Shown here in pieces: positions 12,289 through 29,300 of a stretch of DNA of 64,000 nucleotides; within the stretch, counting starts at the first letter, position 1, and the number at the start of each line of letters is the position of its first letter. The stretch lies in the NCBI RefSeq assembly GCF_009914755.1, contig NC_060936.1. The stretch is one strand, 5' to 3'. This DNA is from the human T2T-CHM13v2.0 reference genome, Homo sapiens. The position numbers were made by a program, and so were the translations under genes. The notes beneath the pieces were generated by a model. That model did not search any database and was not told where the DNA came from. It was given only the letters and a program-made list of their open reading frames with translations.

Positions 12289-13524
12289 GAGGCCATGGTG
12301 GAGTAGTTGGTTGGAGCAGATTAGGCAAATGGACAGGCTAATAGGAAACCCTGGAGTCAGGCAGGCTGGGCCAGGTGAGCCCAGGTGAGACATGCACCTG
12401 CAGAAGCAAAGCAAAGCACAAGCCCTCTGTGCACAGCAGATCCCATGAGGAAGGATGGAGCTGAGCCTGGCACCCTCATTTTACTTCCTCAGATTTACCA
12501 ATCCAAGAAATCACCGCCCTTTCCAAGGAGCAGATGCGTCAAGGTGAGAGAGAGGTCAGTGACAGCAAAACTGCAGTCCCCTGCACCTGGAAGGGAAGTG
12601 CCAGGACTGAGGAGGAAGCACCTCCTTGCAATGGAGGTTGCATGTTCACCCACACTGACCTATGCACATACGTCTGAATGCACCATATATGAAGTGTCTC
12701 CACTTCCAGAATCTCATCTTGACTTTTCAATGACTTGAAATGGCTTCTCTCTGCAAATCCTATGCACTTCAAAATCTAGGTTGAATTCTTCCTGTTTATG
12801 AGAACTTTCCTGGGCACTCAAGCCCTTAGTGATCCTGAGCTGTGCTGAAATACCGTAAGATTTATTCCCTAGCCTACTGCAGTAGCAATGAGTCATATGT
12901 ATGTCATCGTTGAGTGTTTTGAATTCCTATTCCTCGTTTCACTACTTAACTGTTCTGGTGTCTGTCATAGCCACCCAACTACATCATGAGTTCTCTGAGG
13001 GCAGATCTCATGCCCTACACAATCTGGGAAGCTCTCTGGGACTTTACAGGGAACTTCAGTAGGACACAGTAAAATGCTTCTTGAATGGTTGATTCATCAA
13101 TGATCTACCTTGTTCTATTTAATCGCATATTGGCAAAGTATTTACTGAGCACACGTTGTGTGTGAAACATTGTGCTAGGTACTGGGGAAAGAGTAGTAAG
13201 CAAATGAATTCATTTCCCTAACCTCAGCCCTTATTTGGGGTCCTTCACCCCTATTTGTGCAGATATCCCTCAGTTATACATAACTCCAAAGTTGACGGGT
13301 CATGGATCCACAAAGTATTGTTTCCTCTGTATATCACAAAGATAAGCACTGTCTTTGTAACATAATCATTCAAGTCTTTGGTTTCCACTGGATCTGTGCA
13401 GAGGCTGGCCCTAGGCCATATGGCACCTTTGTGGAAATTTTAAGATACTGCCCCGGGAGGTTGCAGAACACCCAAGTGAATTAGGGTGAATTAGTAAAAG
13501 TTGCCCCCTTCTGGATATTTTCAG

Positions 13525-13642
13525 CTTAAGCCTGGGTCCTTGGTTTGGCAACTAGAACACAAGCTAGATTTAATTTCCACTTACCCCTTGAGCTGAGAAC
13601 TCTTGTGCAGTGCACAACCTTCACAACTGTATGTAGCAGCCC
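13525..13642 (-). mobile_element. MER91-like hAT fragment
   Basis: 'ttgtgcagtgcacaaccttcacaactgtatgtagcagccct'. Confidence 0.55.
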
Positions 13643-13734
13643 TTTCTTATGTTCACTTGGATCCAGGTTGAGCGGGTTCCTGTATCTATTCCAAACCACA
13701 AAGAATCCCACATTGGGACCCTTCTCAGGTCTTT

Positions 13735-13880
13735 TGAAATAAAGAAATGAGGTTTATTTGTCTCATGGTCCTCCAGGCTGTATAAACCTGGCAGCAGCAT
13801 CTGCTTCTGGTGAAGACGTAAGGAAGCTCCTAATCATGGCAGAAGGCAAAGGGGGAGCACGCACATCAGATAGCGAGAGA
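13735..13880 (-). mobile_element. MST-like MaLR LTR fragment
   Basis: 'gaggtttatttgtctcatggt...gcatctgcttctggtgaa...ggaagct...aatcatggcagaaggcaaagggggagca'. Confidence 0.8.
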
Positions 13881-13961
13881 GGCCCTTCTGATGTCTGGCT
13901 CAGGCAAAGGGGGAGCGGGCACGTCGGATAGTGAGAGAGGCCCTTCTGAGGTCTGGCTCAG
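13844..13961. repeat. 58-bp tandem duplication
   Basis: aggcaaagggggagc...gtctggctc at 13844 and 13902. Confidence 0.92.
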
Positions 13962-14543
13962 TCTCAGTGGTGGGGCAAGGAAGAGTCCTGGGTGTTCCAG
14001 GCACATCAAGCTCAAGCCCTGGCTTCTCTCTATGCATCTCCTGCTATCTCACTCCCCAGTTTCCTTCCAGGCACTCCTCTCACTGCCAGCCCTCACCAGG
14101 ATAGTGGCACCGCCTCTTCAACAAACCAGCACTCCATCAAAATGGAAAGGTTACGTTTTTAAGACAATTCTTTATCCTAGAAAATTTCCTTAGGCTTGAA
14201 GTTGGCGAGAAGCATAAGGTCCCAGGAGAGTCAGCGAGTCAACATTTCTTGGAATTACTCGACCACATGAAAATACATCTTGGATCTCTTATTTGCTTTT
14301 TGCTTTGGTGTATCAGATTCAGCAGAACCAGGGAGGTTGGACTGGAATTCCAGGAAATCTCAGTCCCTCAATAGAAAATAAATGCACCCAGTGGCTGACA
14401 ATGGGAAGATGTCACCCAGCATCAGGCTAGTTCCTTAACTCTGTCACATTTCATGTGCAATCTCTGTGCTCACCTGTCCTTGCAGTGGTTCTGAGGACAG
14501 CACCCTGGTGCACATTGGGAGTGACGGTGCATGGTAATGAAGG

Positions 14544-14694
14544 CTGCTTCATTCATTCCTGCTTTCCCGCTCGCTGGCCGTGTGACCCTCTGCAGCCTGC
14601 TTCATTCATTCCTGCTTTCCCGCTCGCTGGCCATGTGACCCTCCTGCAGCCTGCTTCATTCATTCCTGCTTTCCTACCCTCTGGCTGTGTGACC
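14544..14694. repeat. 53/54-bp minisatellite, about 2.8 copies
   Basis: ctgcttcattcattcctgctttcc...tgtgacc starting at 14544, 14597 and 14651. Confidence 0.93.
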
Positions 14695-14830
14695 GTCTGC
14701 AAGTTATTGACCACTCTGTGCCTCTCTGTCCTCATCTGCAAAGCAGGAGTAATAATATCACCCATCTAATTGGGATGTTGGGAGGATTTGAATGAGTTAA
14801 AATGTATTAACGCCCCATGACAACAGGCCC
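14660..14830 (+). mobile_element. MIR
   Basis: 'ctgtgtgacc...caagttatt...ctctgtgcctc...cctcatctgcaaa...gttgggaggatttgaatgag'. Confidence 0.75.
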
Positions 14831-15612
14831 TGCACCAAAGTGGGTTTAGAGCTAAAGAGATTTGTGACTCATCACCACTGGATTCCGACAAGATCATGGC
14901 AGCATTTTCTGTACATGTAAAATATTAAAAGGGATTTCAGGAGTGGCCAGCTTACTGCAATTTCAGACACACAGCTGCTGGTGTGGTTGTGTGTGACCCT
15001 CCCTCTGTTGATAAAGTCTGCACCACAAATCCAGTGCTTTGGGTCCTCTGCGTGTGTTTACATTTGCAGGAAAAGATCAGTGACCCCCCATTATCTGGAG
15101 CCAAGCCATTGGGTGAAGGAGTCCAGTGGAATTTACAAAGCTAATGGGGGTTCGTCCTGCCTGCCCGCTGGAAACAACAAGCAGATGAAAATAGGGCATT
15201 GGTGGAGAACGGCCTTCAATTAGAAAGTCATAGTTCAGTGCTCGATGCAGCCGCGAATGCCTCCCGGGACCTGGAAAATCCCCTCATGTGCTAACTTGGC
15301 TCCTTTGTGTCATTCCAGAAAGCAGAGAGCAGTATTAGAAAGGTGCTTTTTGTACCGATTCAAATCTTCCATCCTCTTCATTATTCACAGGAAGGCCTGG
15401 GACACTGGACTATTTCCAGCTTGGGGTTTTACACATAAAGCTACTATGAGCAATTGTGCACAAGTTTTTGTGTAGCTCAATATGGTTTTAATTAATGTTT
15501 TTTCTCTACTTTGTTGCTAAACCTGGGATGCAATCTATTGTTTCTGTGCTTCACATGCAAATGGGTGGGAACTGAAGGGCTTTGTTTGTTGACTGTTGAT
15601 TGATGATTGGTA

Positions 15613-15930
<318 letters not shown>

Positions 15931-16374
15931 GATTGGTGTTTCTTAACTAGGCTGGTTTCGGTCACTGCATGACCTCTGAGTACGATGGTAGGCTGGGTAA
16001 TGTTTCTCCAAACTGGAACAGCACAGATGTTATTCAACAGATGACCAGTTACGCAAACTGTGGTACCCCCTCCATGAAATTCTACTTAGTGTTGAAAAGG
16101 ATGGAACTCTTGGCACAACAGCTTGGATGGATCTCAAAGGCATTAGGCTGAGTGAATACAGCCAGTCCCCGAAGGTCACGCCCTGAGTGATTCACTGATA
16201 TGACATTCTTGAAAGCATAGACAGGGACAGGTGAGTGGCTGCCAGGAGTCCAGAATGATGGGGAGCAGGAGGGTGGGTGAGCCCGAAAGGAGAGACTGGA
16301 GGACAGTCTCGTGTGCGTGATTCAGCGCTGTGTTCTGGATGTGGTGCCAGTTACATGAACTCACATGCAGGGAA

Positions 16375-17413
16375 TGTAAGCCAAAAATAAAATGCTAAGC
16401 CCCCTCAACCAATTGACTAAAGCCCTCCTCTCAGCCAAGGGTGTTCCTAAGTTAACCCTTGTTCCTGAGTTAACATCAATATTAATATTTCTTAATGTTC
16501 CCAAGTTAATCTTAATATTCCATAGTGATGTCTGTGAGTTAAGTGCTGCTGATTTGCTTAGTGCGAACATAAGTTATACGTACTTTCAAATATGCCATGG
16601 CCACCAGGATTGAGAATGAGCTCGACCAAATTTTTGAAACACTAATTCAGGCCATGATGGGAATTAGGGGGTCAGACACACCTCACTACACCCTCCTCCC
16701 TTTGGAATTCAGGCACAGGTGACTGGCATTAACTGTAAAACACACCTTCAGGCTGACAAAGCAGACTCTTTGTCGCAATAAGATACCCACATGACAGATA
16801 GCAAGCCCTAAAAGAAATCAAAATATTTCACCCCAAAATAGATTTCTTTGACATATTTTGAAATGGCCCTGCAAAGCTGTCTCTTGCAGGGAAAAATCTA
16901 CATTTTGTAGAGAATCCCCTTCCCTTTCCAGGACTTTTTCCTGATCCAGGAGAGAATCAGCTAAGGTTCTGGTACCTTTTAAAGTCTGATAATGAACATT
17001 TACATCTGTTCTCTCTGAAGCCTGCTGTCTGGAGGCTGCATCTGCATCATAAGAACCTTGGCCTCCCCAACCCCTTATCTGAACCCAGACACCCCTTTCT
17101 ATCGATTCCAGGTCTTCAGATAAACTCTCAACCAATTCCCAATCAGAAAATCTTTGACTCCACCTATGACCTGGAACACCGCCACCTCCCACTTTGAATT
17201 GGCCTGCATTTTTGGAGGTAACCAATGTACATCTTACACGTATTGGGTGATGTCTTGTGCCTCCCTGAAATGTATAAAACCAAAAGCTGTAGCCCAACCA
17301 CCTTGGGCACAGGTTCTCAGGACCTCCTGAGGCCCTCACCGGTATGTCATCAATCTTGGCAAAATAAAGTTCTAAATCGATTGAGACCAGTCTCAAATAC
17401 TTTTTGGTTTACA
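16375..17413 (+). mobile_element. MER4-group ERV1 solo LTR containing an insertion of about 175 bp
   Basis: Termini tgtaagccaaaaataaaatgctaagcccc...tttttggtttaca; internal tataaaa and aataaa signals. Confidence 0.85.
16515..16635 (+). repeat. Local dispersed duplication C, inserted copy (source 18561-18678)
   Basis: About 82% identity over about 120 bp by hand alignment. Confidence 0.93.
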
Positions 17414-17605
17414 GATAAAATGACTGAACTACACACACACACATTGCACCAATGCCAGTTTCCTTGCATTGATATTATACTATCATTCCAGAAGATGGAA
17501 CCCCCTGGGAACCGGAGTAATGGGTACATAGGACCTCTCTGTACCACTTTGCAACTTCCTGTAAATCTATCATTATTTTAAGGTATTAATAAAAAGCTTT
17601 TTTAA

Positions 17606-17932
<327 letters not shown>

Positions 17933-18560
17933 CCTCAACCATATTTCTTTGGCATGCCAAAGGACTCTAGACTCTTAGCAGGTTTATCACTAATGCTGGT
18001 GTTGTGTAATTTTGTAACAACTTAGCATACTGTTGTTAGCAAGAATGACAACCTCTAATGTCCACAGCATCCCAGCCTGGTAACATAAATAAGTGAAGTA
18101 GCCTGTTTATGAAGTAACTGTAGCTTAGTGTTGACAGCCTGCGATATAGTCCTGATAATCCCAATATTTAGATTTTTCATTAACACAAAACTCCCATTAA
18201 AAGCACTTGCCACATGTGCCTCAAACAAAGCATGGTCATCGGCTGTATCTTGTCAACAGACCAGCAGAGGTGATTCCATTTGACCAGCAACTTCTGCCAG
18301 AAAGAACAAATGCAAGGCTGCCAAATTGCAGGTCCTGGTGTAAAACAGGTGCAGCTTGCTACCTGCAAGAGGTTGGAGACATTGGTAAATAAAGTCAAGA
18401 TAGTGCAATAGGAGGATTGTTTCTTTCCTGGACCGTGACAAGCCCTGACCTCCTGAGAATTAAAGAACAAGGTTAGGGAAGTCTCCCGTTCAACTGAAAC
18501 AGGCAGTGACATAAGCAACGCGGGAGATGGTAATGCTTATAGAGACACTGTGAGACATTG

Positions 18561-18676
18561 ATACTCCATAGTGATGTTTAGGTAAGTGCTGCAGATTTGC
18601 TTAGTGTGAATTTAAATTACACATACGTTCAAATATGCCATGGCCACTAGGGATGAAGATGAGCTCAGTCAGATTT

Positions 18677-18678
<2 letters not shown>
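18561..18678 (+). repeat. Local dispersed duplication C, presumed source
   Basis: atactccatagtgatg...gagctcagtcagattttt. Confidence 0.93.

Positions 18679-18679
<1 letters not shown>

Positions 18680-18713
<34 letters not shown>
18680..18713. repeat. (CA)n microsatellite
   Basis: Pure CA run. Confidence 0.97.
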
Positions 18714-18715
<2 letters not shown>

Positions 18716-18723
18716 AATACTAT

Positions 18724-19408
18724 TGAAACTGCCTTTGCAAAATTATGACTGAGGCAGCGAAAGAGATCTAACTTAACCGACCCCATCTTGCTTCTAACCT
18801 CCAAGCTGTCCTTGTTCATTCCCGGGCGTAGGCTGAACTAACTTTGGGAGAAACTTAGTTTATAGTTTAAACAAGGATGGTAACAGTCCTTTCCCAAAGC
18901 AGACCTCTTTCTTGCCTGAGGACTAAATTGCCTTTATAGGACTAACATTAGCCACAATATTAGAAATTATGACTTAGGAGTCACGCAGCTGGAGGCTACA
19001 AGATTCTGACCCTCCCTAAGCTGCCCCTAAGATCAGGGCTTGAGATGTTTTGCAGACTCTGCACTTGATGGATCAACTGGCACCACCCAGATGGATAAAC
19101 TGGCCCATATGAACTTGTGGCCCCCACCCAGAAACTGACTCAGTGCAAGAAGACAGCTTCGACTCCCTATGATTTCATCTCTGACCAATCAGCACTCCTG
19201 GCTCACTGGCTTCCCCCGACCCACCAAATTATCCTTAAAAACTCTACTCCCTGAATACCTGGGGAGACTGATCTGAGTAATAATACAACTTAGGTCTCTG
19301 CACAGCTGGCTCTGCATGAATTACTCTTTCTCTATTGCAATTCCCTGTCTTGACGAATCAGCTCTGTCTAGGCAGCAGCGGGCAAGGTGGATCCCTTGGG
19401 TGGTTACA
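18724..19408 (+). mobile_element. LTR8-like ERV1 solo LTR
   Basis: Starts tgaaactgcctttgcaaaattatgactgag, ends gggtggttaca; flanks ctat / cgat. Confidence 0.88.
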
Positions 19409-19801
19409 CGATAATACAGTGCTATTATGCATTATTATAGATCTATCTAAAATATTACCATATGTAGACGTGCTCTGGTCATAAGATAGTACCTTTATGT
19501 TTTATGGAGAATTTCCCTCAATACTCTGTATATACAAGATCACTTGGAGATCGTCCAGAGTCTAAATGTGAAGCCATTTATAAGTGACCTTGTCTGTAAT
19601 CAATGCTAGGTTCACAAATATGCATAGGTTCCTGGATAAGTCAAACCACAAAAAGGAATATGAAAGAACACCAGGGCTACACAATCCTTTTAGGGAAATC
19701 CTACCTGTTGTTATTATCTTTTCCTTGAAACTTTACAGACCAAGATACGTGTTCTCTCACCCATCACCTGCTTCATTGCACCCATAAAGCATTTGATTGC
19801 A

Positions 19802-20079
19802 GGCCAGGCACGGTGCCTCATGCCTGTAATCTGAGGCAGGCTGATCACCTGAGGTCAGGAGTTCCAGACCAGCCTGGCCAACATGGTGAAGCCCCATCTC
19901 TACTAAAAATGTAAAAATTAGCCAGGCATGATGGCACAAGCCTGTAATTCCAGCTACTCAGGAGGCTGAGGCAGGGGAATCACTTGAATCTGGGAGGGGG
20001 AGGTTGCAATAACCCGAGATCACGCCACTGCACTACAGCCTGGACAACACAGTGAGACTCAGTCTCAAAAAAAAAAAAA
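19802..20079 (+). mobile_element. Alu (AluS-like) with short deletion in left monomer
   Basis: ggccaggcacggtg...tgtaatc joined to tgaggcagg, lacking the usual ccagcactttgggaggc; poly-A tail. Confidence 0.95.
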
Positions 20080-20350
20080 TTCTATTGCATTTCTAAATGC
20101 CTACTCTCAGCTGAGTAAATTCTTTCCTTAGATTGAAAAATCAGAAACAACAAAACTAAAGAAAAAACAACAGAAAAACCGACCTCCGTTGAGGTAAAAA
20201 GTTGCTCAGAATTTACAAGTTCGGTTAAATAATCAGACCCCACCCTTCTGTTCCCATTATCTATTTGCAATGCTAAGTTAAACCCTTCAGTGCCCTTTTA
20301 CCTCAGCTTTCAAAAACCTTAAGGTACTGAGAAAATGGTATTTTTTAACC

Positions 20351-24192
<3,842 letters not shown>

Positions 24193-25207
24193 TAACCTTC
24201 TATATTAACCCTAAAGCAACTACGTTTAAAAAATAACAGGTACCTAAATTGGAACACCAATTTCTCTAATCACAGATCAGGTACATAACTTTATGGGAAA
24301 CATTTCCTTCAAAGCATGACAAGGAAGGCTCGTCTGATCCTGTATTTTATTTGTGAATTTATTTCCTGAGTTAACATGAATCTATGTCAAAGTAAAACTT
24401 ATATCTGAAAGAATCCAAATCATGAGCAGCTTTCTTTTTATAGTTTTTCCCTTAAGAATAAAAAAGTTGGGCAAAATGCATTTCCAACAACAATCTGCAA
24501 ACAAGATGACAAGAGTCTGGGTGAATACATTTTTAAACGACTGCCTGGATCAACTGGAATTGTCATTGGTTTCTTTATTTACTGTTATTTCACCATCATC
24601 TTTAATAATCTTGTTCAATAATATTTTATAAATAAATATGTAAATGAATCAAGAAGTAAATAGAAAATGTGTCTAGGAGATACTTCATTGGGAAACAAAG
24701 CTGATTAAAAGCATTAAGTGTTCATGAATCCATTTTTGTAAGATACCTGAGTGCACCTGTGTGTAGATGATTTGATCAGAAAGAATTGTTTTGCCATGTT
24801 AACAAACAAACTCAAAGTTTTAGAGTCAAAAGTGGAAATAAATATCCCTTTTTTACATAGCCAGAGAGACGCAATTCATCACGTTCATATTAATTGTCTT
24901 TATCCAAAGCCAGGGCTGTGGAGAATCAGGGGCAGGCAGGAGATTGCATTTTTGTGACAAGCAGGAAGTTACCTCTGGCAGCCATGCACCTAGGTCAGTG
25001 CCGTCAGATACAAGGACATAAGCTGACAGCTGTGAATGAATGTTCAGATCCCAAAAAGATGACTGCAACCCCTCCAAGACGCATTCCTAGAGTATTAAAA
25101 AAAGAGGCTCACTTGGCCTTTAAAAAGGTTGGCACTCATCTCCAATAGGTAGGAAAATGATTTACAAATACTAGTTTTCTAAAAGAAATCCTGCAAGGGG
25201 CAGCGGC

Positions 25208-25230
25208 GGGGCGGGGGGTGGGGAAATGGG
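25208..25230 (+). other. G-quadruplex-forming motif / GC box
   Basis: gggg c gggggg t gggg aaat ggg; includes GGGGCGGGG. Confidence 0.5.
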
Positions 25231-26414
25231 TAGGCATTCTGTTTCCCTCTGGCCACCAAAGAAAGTTTATTTTATTATTATTTCATTGGCATTTATCCTC
25301 ACAGTGTTTATGTTCTTCCAGGCGTCGTGTCAGTGGAAAGCGATTCATTGATGATGAAGACATTCTGGGAGAATTTAGCGTAGGCCAGTTGGAATTAGCA
25401 GACCTCAGTCAACCAGGATCCCCTGTTGGGCAAATTCTGAGCAGGTCCAGCAGGTTGGGGCTCACCCGGTGAGGAAGACTTCCTGGGTGAGGAAGACTCC
25501 TCGACGACTCCTTCCAACACTCCCTCTGAAAAGCCTTCCTGACGGGAGCCTGGCTGCCCTAGGAATAAACAAGGGAAGGGAAGGCATTTGAACCCTTTTC
25601 CTGGGGTCCTTTAGAACAAGTGCCCCTCAGTCCCGCTCATCATATTCTCCCAATTCTTTTCACCATTCTATTTTACTGTCACCTCCAACAGAATAAATCC
25701 TTTTCCATTTTTTTGAGGCAGGAATTGTGACTCTTAATAAATATTTTTTTCTTGTGTTCTGACGATTCACTATTCCTTCCCCAAATTTTAAAAATCAAAG
25801 AAACTCCTTTCTCTCTGGTGCAACATTCCTGCCCTGAGTCATAACACAGCATATGGCCAGCTCCTGGGATGAAAAAGGGTCCAGGTGAGATGGGATGAAG
25901 GGGTGCAGATGAGAAACCAAACACCTTGCATAGCACACCAGGCTCACTCACGGCCTGGCAACAGCTCAGAGTGGAGGCAGGGCCTTACCAGTGGTGGGCA
26001 AATCCCCACTCAGGCTCCTTGGTTCCTGTCTCCTTTCTTCCCTCCCAGAATCATGTAAAATGCTGACTTCTAGGAGAAAGAAAAAGCAAGCCTCATCTTC
26101 CATCCTAAAGCAGCTCCTTAAAAACAAAGAAAACACGAGTTATTTCAGCCACCTCCAGTATTTATCATCAAGTGATTATGTATAATTCTCTCCACTTCGC
26201 AAAATCTTCATGCTCTGGAAAGGGCTGCTGGGGATAGAATCTCAGGTCAAGGTGGGGGCGGGGGCACTGAGCAAATGACCCTGACACCTTCTTTGGATCT
26301 GCTGTTCTATGATTTTAGTAAATTGGAGTGAGGGTCCTCCGCCTCCCACTCACAACTCCTGCTCAGTTTCTTGGTTGCTTATTGGTTTTAGTTAAAATTC
26401 TTCCCCAGTCCATC

Positions 26415-26791
26415 TGATGTGGTTAGGCTTTGTGTCCCCACCCAAATCTCATCTTGAATTGTAATCCCCAGGTTTTGCGGGAGAGACCTGGTGGGAGATG
26501 ATATGATCATGGGAGCGGTTTCCCCCATGGTGTTCTTGTGATAGTGAGTGAGTTCTCACAAGATCTGATGGTTTTATACGTGTTTGACAGTTCCTCCTTC
26601 ATGTATTTACTCTCTCTCTCTCTCTCTCCTGCTGCCATGTAAGATGTGCCTGCTTCCTCTTCTTCCATGATTGTAAGTTTCCTGTGGCCTCCCCAGCCAT
26701 GCAGAACTGTAAGTCCATTAAACCTCCTTTGTTTATAAATTACCCAATCTTGGATAGTATCTTTATAGCAGTGGGAGAACAGACTAATACA
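26415..26791 (+). mobile_element. THE1D/MSTA-like MaLR solo LTR
   Basis: tgatgtggttaggc...cagactaataca; perfect 5-bp TSD CCATC. Confidence 0.92.
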
Positions 26792-27435
26792 CCATCCAAT
26801 GGAGCAATGTTACACTCAACCAAACATAAATTAAGTATTTACAGCTCAACTGGAGAGAGAACTTAGAACAAGAAATACTTAATTTCATTAATGCTCAGTC
26901 CTCTGCCCTGGGGAGTGGGATGAGACATCTACATTTGGCTGCAGTTTCTGGGGCCTCTCCTGCTGGTAGCATCTCTCTCTGTATTGTGTTATTCTAATAT
27001 TTAAAGATTTGTATTTTTCATAGAGCATGTGCCCTAAACCTGTGCCTACAACATTAGCAGCTGTGCATCTTCCTGAGAAGGATAACTCCTCTGCTGTGTT
27101 GATTCAGTTTTATTCAGTTATTTTGACCATCTCAGTTTCTCCCTCTGTGTTGTTTGTAGAATCCAAGCCCAACATCCACTGTGACTCTAGTGATGCTTCC
27201 TCTTCATCCAAGATTCTCTGTCCATTGACCCCACCAGGAATGAAGTGTCCCTGAGGTCACTGTGAGATACATCAGAGTCACTTGTGTTACTTTCTTTCCC
27301 ATTCCTGCAGATGCTGCATTTGCTTCTAAAGTGGAAACCCAGCCAGGGCAATGTTGAAGGCAGGCAGCTGCCAATGGTGGGATGCCAGGCATCTGAGCAT
27401 AAACCTGAGCCCAGAAGGATGGGGATGGCCTGCCA

Positions 27436-27625
27436 GGACAGTCAACTGCAGAAGACAGGGCTTCCTGGTCAGTCAAACAGTGGCAACTCTTCCTCCTTTT
27501 CCCAAAGCTCTTGGAAAGCCATAAACTCCCTGGGGAAGTAGTTTTGAATGTTCATTAAACTGGGAGGGGTTTACATTAAAAAACAAAATTTAAGGAATCT
27601 CGTCTAAAACCCAAAAGTCCTCTGA
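27436..27625 (+). repeat. Local dispersed duplication D, copy 1 (partner 31724-31914)
   Basis: Collinear blocks ggacagtcaactgcagaaga, ttttcccaaag, tcttggaaagcca, tttgaatgttcatt, ggaggggt, tctaaaacccaaa. Confidence 0.92.
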
Positions 27626-27661
27626 AGAGTCTTCTGCGGGCTCATCAAAAACCACACAATT

Positions 27662-27950
27662 GGCCAGGCACAGGCCTCTCATCCCAGCATTCTGGGAGGT
27701 CAAGGCAGGTGGATAGTTTGAGGCCAGGAGTTCAAGACCAGCCTGGAGAACAAGGTGAAATCCAGTCTCTACAACAAAATACAAAAATTAGCTGAGTGTG
27801 GTGGCTCACAAGTAGTCCCAGCTACTCAGGAGGCTGAAGTGGGAGGATCGTTTGAGCCAGGAGTTCAAGGCTGCAGTGAGCTGTGATTGCACCACTGCAC
27901 TTTAGCCTGGGCAACAGACCAAGAACCTGTGGAAAAAAAGAAAAAAAGAA
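27662..27950 (+). mobile_element. Alu (AluJ-like)
   Basis: Sense Alu dimer with A-rich tail; TSD remnant acacaat. Confidence 0.92.
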
Positions 27951-28576
27951 GCTACACAATCAGCATAATATAAATGTTGGAGTCATGTGGAATGGCTGTG
28001 CTCCTCAGGCCTTTGCCTTGGGTGCCAGAAGCTGAGGGGATGGAGGTTCCGTGTGAATGTGGGCATGGTGGAGGGAGGGCTGAATCCACACTGGAGTGGG
28101 GAACCTGGGTATGGGGGGCTCTAGATGAGGGGATGGTGAAGGTGGTGGCCAACACTTGTTGTGTCAACTGCAGTCAACCCTTCCTTCTCTCCAGATTCCA
28201 TGCTCAGCAGCCGCATGTGGACACTTTCCATGAACATCCACATTTTGGACTGCCTCCCTTTGTTGGGACCTCACTGCCTTGGCTTCCTGTGCTGCTGGGG
28301 TGGTCAAGGGACCTAAGGGTATAAACTGGACAGTTGCCAGGAAGCTTCTGGGAGAGAACTCCAGGGAACAGGGAAACCTATGGGTTCTCCCCCATGTCCT
28401 TTCTCTATGTGGTTCAGTTATGGGGAGGGGACTCTTCTGCCCCCTTGTGACCATGAGGCACCAGCCGTGAAGATGAAGCGCCCATCCCCAGGGCCTCGAG
28501 AGAGTGGAAAAGGGGACAGTGGTTGGTAAGGATGATAAGGATGTAAGGTGACACAAGGGGGATTTTATTTTAATTC

Positions 28577-28871
28577 TTTTTTTTTTTTTTGAGACGAAGT
28601 CTCGCACTCTCGCCCAGGCTGGAGTGCAGTGGCACTATCTTGGCTCACTGCAAGCTCCGTCTCCTGAGTTCACACCATTCTCCTCCCTCAGCCTCCTGAG
28701 TAGCTGAGACTACAGGCGCCCACCACCACACCCGGCTAATTTTTTGTATTTTAAGTGGAGACGGGGTTTCACCGTGTTAGTCAGGATGGTCTCGATCTCC
28801 TGGCTTTGTGATCCGCCCGTCTCAGCCTCCCAAAGTGCTGGGATTACAGGCATGAGCCACCACGCCCGGCT
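28577..28871 (-). mobile_element. AluY-like
   Basis: gcaagctccg, ttcacaccattc, accgtgttag diagnostics. Confidence 0.94.
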
Positions 28872-28994
28872 CAATCCTTTCTTTTAACAAGACAAATAGT
28901 TCATGTTAGTGCCAAACCACTAGGAAATACTGATTAAAAGAAAGGGAGAAAAAAAAATTACCCATCCTTTGTAGTTCACAATGTTCCTATTGTT

Positions 28995-29300
28995 TCTCTC
29001 TCTCTCTCTCTCTTTTTCTCTCTCTTTCTCTCTCTCTCGAGACAGCATCTCCCTCTGTCGCCCAGGATGGGGTGCAGTGGCGTGATCATAGCTCACTGTG
29101 CTTCAGCCTCCCAGCTCAAGCAATCCTCCTACCTCAGCCTCCTGACCATAGTCACACACCACCATGCCCAGCTAATTTTTTAAATTTTTTTGTAGAGACA
29201 GGATCTCACTATGTTGCCCAGGCTGGTTTTGAACCCCTGCTCTCAAGAAATCCTCCCACCTCAGCCTCCCAAAGTGCTTGAATTACAGGCGTGAGCCATC
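28995..29300 (-). mobile_element. Alu (AluJ-like) with (CT)n tail
   Basis: (ct)n 28995-29038 then gagacagcatctc...gtgagccatc. Confidence 0.9.

Noticed and set aside
16818-17396. 192-aa minus-strand ORF
   Set aside because: Lies wholly within the antisense of a MER4-group LTR; no recognisable domain.
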